NCBI GenBank assembly: GCA_965204375.1
Contig: OZ241986.1
Location: 5,440,001-5,504,000, forward strand
Length of the DNA: 64,000 nucleotides
Source of the DNA: Candidatus Latescibacterota bacterium
GTDB lineage: Bacteria > Latescibacterota > UBA2968
Direction of reading: 5' to 3'
The notes under the pieces were generated by a model. It had not been told where the DNA came from. It saw only the letters and a program-made list of their open reading frames with translations, and did not search any database. Shown in pieces: positions 59,501-64,000 of this stretch. Made by a program: the position numbers and the translations under genes. The first letter of the stretch is position 1. Every line of letters begins with the position of its first letter.

Positions 59501-59683
59501 GTATATGAGATTGAAAAGGAGTTTAACACATTCATTGATCGCTTCAGTGTCAGCGCAACAGGCACGCAGCCACGGGACGCTATGACTTCTAATTTCAAAG
59601 ATTTACTGGCATCCTGCCCGATTGACGAGATTGATGTTGATCAGCTTCGTACACGCGAATTGCCACGCGAGATTGAGTTGTGA
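56537..59683 (+). CDS. res: Type III restriction enzyme Res subunit (SF2 helicase plus PD-(D/E)xK nuclease)
   Basis: KMATGAGKT Walker A, NDEGHH, SATP, MLTEGWD, EQVIGRALRR, YIPDF...VVEIKG. Confidence 0.92.
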   Translation: MEDRFFEHPILNSPYGYPMRHWELDDQGQPTQRIVESRRRVDFITPIPKPKRRGASKRQQQIVFNEGKGLSTEDQQYDVTAMVNEIRRHVDGWRSLPNPNDWRVTPETARLLEHWRNHQFSDIRPFFCQIEAVETAIYLTEVAPNLGQLGRRLRDHLANANSDANPELMRLALKMATGAGKTTVMAMIIAWQTINAVRHPNSRRFSRGFLVMTPGITIRDRLRVLLPNDPDSYYAHRELVPQDMLGDLDRAKIVITNYHALRRRERIEISRGGRGLLQGRGPALNTLETEGQMIQRVMPELMGIRNINVLNDEGHHCYREKVEKDDEGRLTGDDLQEANKNNEAARVWISGLEMVKRKLGIRQVIDLSATPFFLRGSGYAEGTLFPWTVSDFSLMDAIECGIVKLPRVPVADNIPGGDMPKFRNLWEHIGTDMPRGGRRTTNNLDPLSLPVPLQTALEALYGHYEKTDALWEEGKVPVPPCFIIVCNNTSSSKLVYDYISGFYRENEDGSKMLENGRLPLFRNFDEVGDRLPIPPTLLIDSEQLESGDALDKNFHKMASDEIERFRREIVERTGDVRQAENITDQDLLREVMNTVGKEGRLGESIRCVVSVSMLTEGWDANNVTHVLGVRAFGTQLLCEQVIGRALRRQSYDLNTDGLFDVEYADVLGIPFDFTAKPVVAPPQPPRETVQVKAVTPERDECEIRFPRVAGYRVELPREKLRADFTDDSTLILTPELVGPTNTRNEGIIGEGINLNLERLESMRPAALAFRLTKHLVYTKWRDSGEEPSLNLFGQFKRITSEWLDTCLVCKGGTYPAQLVYQELADMACERIKDAINRTHVGERPIKVLLDSYNPMGSSRHVNFSTSKTRRWQTDSRKCHVNWVVLDSDWEAEFCRVAESHPKVRAYVKNHNLGLEVPYRYGSNTRTYIPDFIVLVDDGQDDPLHLVVEIKGYRGEDAKIKKSTMETYWVPGVNALREYGRWVFAEFTDVYEIEKEFNTFIDRFSVSATGTQPRDAMTSNFKDLLASCPIDEIDVDQLRTRELPREIEL

Positions 59684-59706
59684 TGTTCTTACAGCAGGAT
59701 AAATAG

Positions 59707-60819
59707 ATGCCAGCAGTAAAATACCATTATGGACACTTCCCACCCAAGAATCTCGATTGGTCGCGTTTGAGTCCGCTGATTGGCCCGGCCAGCTTAGCGT
59801 TGGGGGAGTTCAAAGGGCTTCTCGACGCGATACCGAATCCTCATGTTCTGCTTGCGCCGCTCACCGAGCAGGAAGCGGTATTGACCAGTCGGATAGAGGG
59901 TACGCAGGCGACGCTCAGTGAAGTTCTGCAGTACAAGGCAGAGGGAGATCGACCTGCTTTCTCAGAGCAGCGGGATGATATTCGGGAAATAGTGAACTAT
60001 CGTCAGGCAGTTCTACACGCTATTAATCGCATGGATACACTGCCTTTATGCGGTCGTTTGCTCAAGGAGGCGCACGCCATCTTGATGCGAAGTGTGCGGG
60101 GTAGAAACAAGGATCCCGGGAATTACAAAAGGACGCTCAATCTGATCGGAGCACCAGGCAGTACTGAGGAGACAGCTACCTTCATTCCGATTACGCCGGA
60201 TAAACTGGCGGATGGCATAACTGCCTGGGAGCAATTCCTTCACAGTAAGCAACCCGACCCCCTTGTTCAACTCGGACTGGTCCACGCGGAATTTGAGGCA
60301 TTGCATCCGTTTCTGGATGGGAATGGTCGTCTGGGCCGAATGCTGGTGCCGCTCTTTCTTTTTGAGCGAAAAATTCTCAACTCTCCGGATTTTTACATCA
60401 GCGAATATCTTGAGGCCCACCGGGAAGTGTATTACGAACGTCTGTTAGCCGTGTCGCGGGATGGCGACTGGACTGGTTGGTGCGTCTTTTTTCTGCAAGC
60501 ACTTGCTGCCCAGGCACTCGAAAACACGCGCAAGGCCCGTGCGATTATGAAGTTATACGAGGCGCGCAAGGTGTGGATTGCCGAAAAGGCCCGTTCCCGA
60601 TATGGCGTTGCTGCTCTCGATTTTATCTTTGGCCAACCTGTCTTCAGGGCATCCGATTTCGGCCAAATACAAGGTATTCCGAGATCGTCGGCTTCGAATA
60701 TATTGCGCAAAATTCGGGATGATCTATTAGTTGAAGTGATTCCCGCCTCGGGCCGGAAAGCCGCTATATACGCATATTCCGAGTTGCTTGATATTGCCGA
60801 AGGAAAGGGCGATTTTTAG
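59707..60819 (+). CDS. Fic family protein with N-terminal inhibitory motif
   Basis: HPFLDGNGRLGR Fic motif; TSRIEGT auto-inhibitory helix. Confidence 0.93.
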   Translation: MPAVKYHYGHFPPKNLDWSRLSPLIGPASLALGEFKGLLDAIPNPHVLLAPLTEQEAVLTSRIEGTQATLSEVLQYKAEGDRPAFSEQRDDIREIVNYRQAVLHAINRMDTLPLCGRLLKEAHAILMRSVRGRNKDPGNYKRTLNLIGAPGSTEETATFIPITPDKLADGITAWEQFLHSKQPDPLVQLGLVHAEFEALHPFLDGNGRLGRMLVPLFLFERKILNSPDFYISEYLEAHREVYYERLLAVSRDGDWTGWCVFFLQALAAQALENTRKARAIMKLYEARKVWIAEKARSRYGVAALDFIFGQPVFRASDFGQIQGIPRSSASNILRKIRDDLLVEVIPASGRKAAIYAYSELLDIAEGKGDF

Positions 60820-60825
60820 TGTGAA

Positions 60826-60897
60826 TATATTGGCAACAAAAAAGTTTGTTGCCAATATTGTTGGTTTTTTTAGCAACAAACTTTTTTGTTGCTAAAA
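60826..60897. repeat. Paired palindromes (GCAACAAA...TTTGTTGC)
   Basis: ATATTGGCAACAAA-AAAG-TTTGTTGCCAATAT and TTTTAGCAACAAA-CTTT-TTTGTTGCTAAAA. Confidence 0.75.
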
Positions 60898-61064
60898 TCT
60901 TAACCTCAAATAAGTACATCAGTATGGATTGACCACTTGATGGAATTGATGTTGAGCAACTTCGTATGTGCGCATTACCGCGCGATGACGAATAGATTTG
61001 ATCCGCAGCCGAGACCTACAGCAGATAGAGGCTTTGTAACTCCGACAATCAACGAGGAGACGGC

Positions 61065-62495
61065 ATGAAACTGAAAGGCGAGATCAATAAAGCGAAAGAA
61101 AGAGTTGCTGAGACGTTGAAAATAGGAAAACGAAAAGAAATAGAATGGGAAGAATTGTTGCAGATCTTGAAAGATATTTGTGAGACGTCTATAATAAGCG
61201 ATAGTAAATGGGATTTAGAATTAGGTCAAGAATTTATGTCAAAACATGAATTTAAAGACCATATTGGGGTTGAGTATAAACGTCCTAGAATACGCGACAA
61301 AAAAATTTTTCCAGGGCTTAACAATATTGTGTTCAAAAATCTGAACATAAAAAAAATAAACGATTCTTTCTTAAAAGAATACTTCGAAAATTGTACTCTT
61401 GTTCATGGAGGTCGTATATATTTTGGCTTGCGATTTGAAAGGTGTCATTTTGATCTACGTTTAAACGGACTTATCCTTCCTTTGGCTGGCAATTACAGTT
61501 TTTATAGAAACAAGTTTAAATATAAAAATAAAGGTATAATAGGTCGTTGGTTATTTTGTTTTGGTGCTGGCAGTAAGATTTTTTTTGAAAAAAATGATTT
61601 TGATGACAATAGTATAGATATCGCTTGCAATTTTAAATATTTTGACAAGCATTTTGTAAAAAGAAAAATGACTTGGCAGCATATAGAAGCACGTTGTTTA
61701 GATGACAGTGCTTATTACGAAGCCATGATTCGTAAAACTCATGATCTACCAGACAGCGTTCCTTTGTTACTTACAAACACAGGCTATTCACGACATTTTG
61801 GGTTTGATGAGATTTGGTTTGTAGGTAATAGAAGAATTGATAAATTGTCGCTCCGCGCCAGTGGGGAATACACTTTTTTTAATGGAATAAATAGGATAAA
61901 AGAGTTGAATCTCGATGATGAATATACTCATTCTATAAATGAAAATGTAAAATTCTATTTTGGTCTTAGAGAAAAAATAAATCCTCGATTTAGCCATCCT
62001 CTTAGGCATCGACAATTATTTTTGACGCTGAAGAATTTTGCCGTCAAGAAACAGGATACTGATTTGCAAAGAGCTATGGATGTGCAACTCAATCAAATTG
62101 AGCACCATTTAGTAAAAGAGCAGTGGCGTTCAATTCATTTTTGGGAAATAGGTAAATGGATTAAACATTTTCAAGATCGTGTGCTTTGGTTTTGGAGAAA
62201 GTGGTCGGCTGACTATTATAGGTCGTGGTTGCGCCCTTTAGTGTGGGGGATAGTGGTATATTTTTCGTTTATTGCTTTTTCACTATTTTTTGTTGGTGAT
62301 TGGTCACTCCGTGATTTTTTAAGGTTGTCTCGACATGGATATAATTTCTTTTTTGTAGCGGACTTGTTAAGCAACGAGAACAAAATATCTTTTTCTTTTG
62401 ATAAATGCTTGCTGTATTTTTTTGATCTATGCCGTTTGGTTTTGGTGGGTATGTTGGGCTTTTCTATCAGGAGAGTTATCAGCAAAAAAGGATAA
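61065..62495 (+). CDS. AT-rich hypothetical protein with C-terminal transmembrane helices
   Basis: Open 476-aa frame, SD GAGGAG, markedly low GC, YYRSWLRPLVW followed by hydrophobic segments. Confidence 0.7.
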   Translation: MKLKGEINKAKERVAETLKIGKRKEIEWEELLQILKDICETSIISDSKWDLELGQEFMSKHEFKDHIGVEYKRPRIRDKKIFPGLNNIVFKNLNIKKINDSFLKEYFENCTLVHGGRIYFGLRFERCHFDLRLNGLILPLAGNYSFYRNKFKYKNKGIIGRWLFCFGAGSKIFFEKNDFDDNSIDIACNFKYFDKHFVKRKMTWQHIEARCLDDSAYYEAMIRKTHDLPDSVPLLLTNTGYSRHFGFDEIWFVGNRRIDKLSLRASGEYTFFNGINRIKELNLDDEYTHSINENVKFYFGLREKINPRFSHPLRHRQLFLTLKNFAVKKQDTDLQRAMDVQLNQIEHHLVKEQWRSIHFWEIGKWIKHFQDRVLWFWRKWSADYYRSWLRPLVWGIVVYFSFIAFSLFFVGDWSLRDFLRLSRHGYNFFFVADLLSNENKISFSFDKCLLYFFDLCRLVLVGMLGFSIRRVISKKG

Positions 62496-62619
62496 GTCAT
62501 GAGGAATCAAAATCAAATAACGGTGTTCGATATACCTTGGTGCTTATTGATGTTCATACTCGTTTCGCTACGTAGTAGGCTGCGCCTGTACTGTGAATGC
62601 ATGGAGAAAGGATAGATAG

Positions 62620-64000
62620 ATGGCGAAACGAAGGATGCCCAAGCAGGTCGAAACGCTCACACACGACGAAGCAACTCGCCCGAATATCCCCACCGCTGAA
62701 CACCAGCCTCTCATGCGTGCAGAGGATCAGGCCCCTATCCCCTGTACCTATGCGCGACGCAACCGCGACCACGATCCCCAATTGGTGTGGCGCGGCAAGG
62801 ATGAGCAAGATTGGTCAGATTTGGTGGTGCAGGCACCGCCTCTGTACATTCAGGAGAAGGTCCATCCCAAGGTGCTGATTGACGATTTGGTGCGCCGAAG
62901 TGAGGAAGACGCTGCGGGTGAGTCAGGATTCCAGACGGACCTTTTCGCTGATTTCAATGGCTTGCCTTCGGAGGACGCCAGGACAGAGTTCTATCAGCAC
63001 GAGGCCAACTGGTCGAATCGCATGATTCTGGGCGATAGCTTGCAGGTGATGGCGTCGCTGGCTGAACGCGAAGGGTTACGGGGCAAGGTTCAGTGTATCT
63101 ACATCGATCCTCCCTACGGCATCAAGTTTAACTCTAACTTTCAGTGGTCAACCACCAGCCGCGATGTGAGAGATGGCAAGGCCGAGCATATTACCCGAGA
63201 TCCAGAGCAGGTGAAGGCGTTTCGGGATACATGGCGGGATGGGATTCATTCATACTTGACGTATCTGCGAGATAGACTGACAGTGGCCCGCGATCTGCTG
63301 ACGGAGAGCGGATCGGTCTTCGTGCAGATTGGGGATGAGAATGTGCATCGTGTGCGGGCTGTGATGGATGAGATGTTTGGGGAGGAGAATTTAGTTTCCT
63401 TCATTACAATTCAGAAGACCAGTAGCCAGACGGACAAGAACTTGTCTTCTGTGTCTGACTACCTGCTCTGGTTCGCTAAAGAAAAAGATTCGTTGAAGTT
63501 CAGAAGACCATTCCTGAAAAAAGGACCTAGCTTTTCAGCTGGAGGACAATATTCAAAACTGCAAATGCCTGACTTCAGCAGAATGCCAATGACCAAGGAA
63601 GAACGTGAAGATCGATCACAAATTCCTCCGAACGCACGAGTGTACCGACATGATACACTCACGTCGCAAAGTGGTAGCCAGACAACAGGGTTTAGGTTTT
63701 GTGATCAGGGTCGAGTATTCACTTCTGGTAGAGGATTTTGGAAGACCAATCTCTCTGGAATGACGCGGCTATCCCGGTCAATGAGGCTTGGACACGCGAG
63801 GAATAGTCTCAGCTACATTAGATTCATTGACGACTTCTCGGTTACACCAATTGGGAATCTTTGGACAGACACTTTGACTGGGTCATTTACTGAAGAAAAG
63901 GTATACGTTGTACAGACAGCCCAAAAGATTGTTCAACGCTGTATCCTCATGACCACCGATCCCGGCGACCTTGTTCTTGATCCCACATGTGGTTCTGGCA
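62620..64000 (+). CDS. mod: Type III R-M Mod subunit, N6-adenine DNA methyltransferase (runs off window)
   Basis: Manual translation from ATG62620: MAKRRMPKQVETLTHDEATRPNIPTAE...NRMILGDSLQVM...IYIDPPYG...VLDPTCGSG. Confidence 0.92.
   Translation, partial: MAKRRMPKQVETLTHDEATRPNIPTAEHQPLMRAEDQAPIPCTYARRNRDHDPQLVWRGKDEQDWSDLVVQAPPLYIQEKVHPKVLIDDLVRRSEEDAAGESGFQTDLFADFNGLPSEDARTEFYQHEANWSNRMILGDSLQVMASLAEREGLRGKVQCIYIDPPYGIKFNSNFQWSTTSRDVRDGKAEHITRDPEQVKAFRDTWRDGIHSYLTYLRDRLTVARDLLTESGSVFVQIGDENVHRVRAVMDEMFGEENLVSFITIQKTSSQTDKNLSSVSDYLLWFAKEKDSLKFRRPFLKKGPSFSAGGQYSKLQMPDFSRMPMTKEEREDRSQIPPNARVYRHDTLTSQSGSQTTGFRFCDQGRVFTSGRGFWKTNLSGMTRLSRSMRLGHARNSLSYIRFIDDFSVTPIGNLWTDTLTGSFTEEKVYVVQTAQKIVQRCILMTTDPGDLVLDPTCGSG

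Overview
Bacterial genomic window of moderate GC, with two AT-rich patches (about 8.7-9.9 kb and 61-62.6 kb). The gene content includes many PhyH dioxygenases and sulfatases, TonB receptors, PorV, DUF1800/DUF1501 and a dockerin/EF-hand-like tail. This suggests a diderm FCB-group organism such as a Latescibacterota/Gemmatimonadota-like lineage (inference only). Main contents: archaeal-type pheST under a Phe T-box; tandem TonB receptors with an NCS2 permease; ilvB; an ECF sigma/anti-sigma/Spy-CpxP cluster; VOC-ggt-methyltransferase; archaeal-type non-discriminating aspS; an OMP-TonB receptor-T9SS-type cargo-PorV-lipoprotein cassette; DUF1800/DUF1501; a PhyH/sulfatase island with intact and decayed toxin-antitoxin modules; and a type III R-M locus interrupted by a Fic gene and an AT-rich membrane gene. 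The most notable items are missing from, or mis-called by, the ORF track. They are a UxxC selenoprotein read through an in-frame TGA (1152-2441), an Asn/Asp-codon leader-peptide attenuator upstream of aspS, and two further ribosome-coupled attenuators (ilvB and a VOC operon). No rRNA, tRNA or CRISPR array was seen. All family assignments come from motif recognition by eye; no database searches were run.
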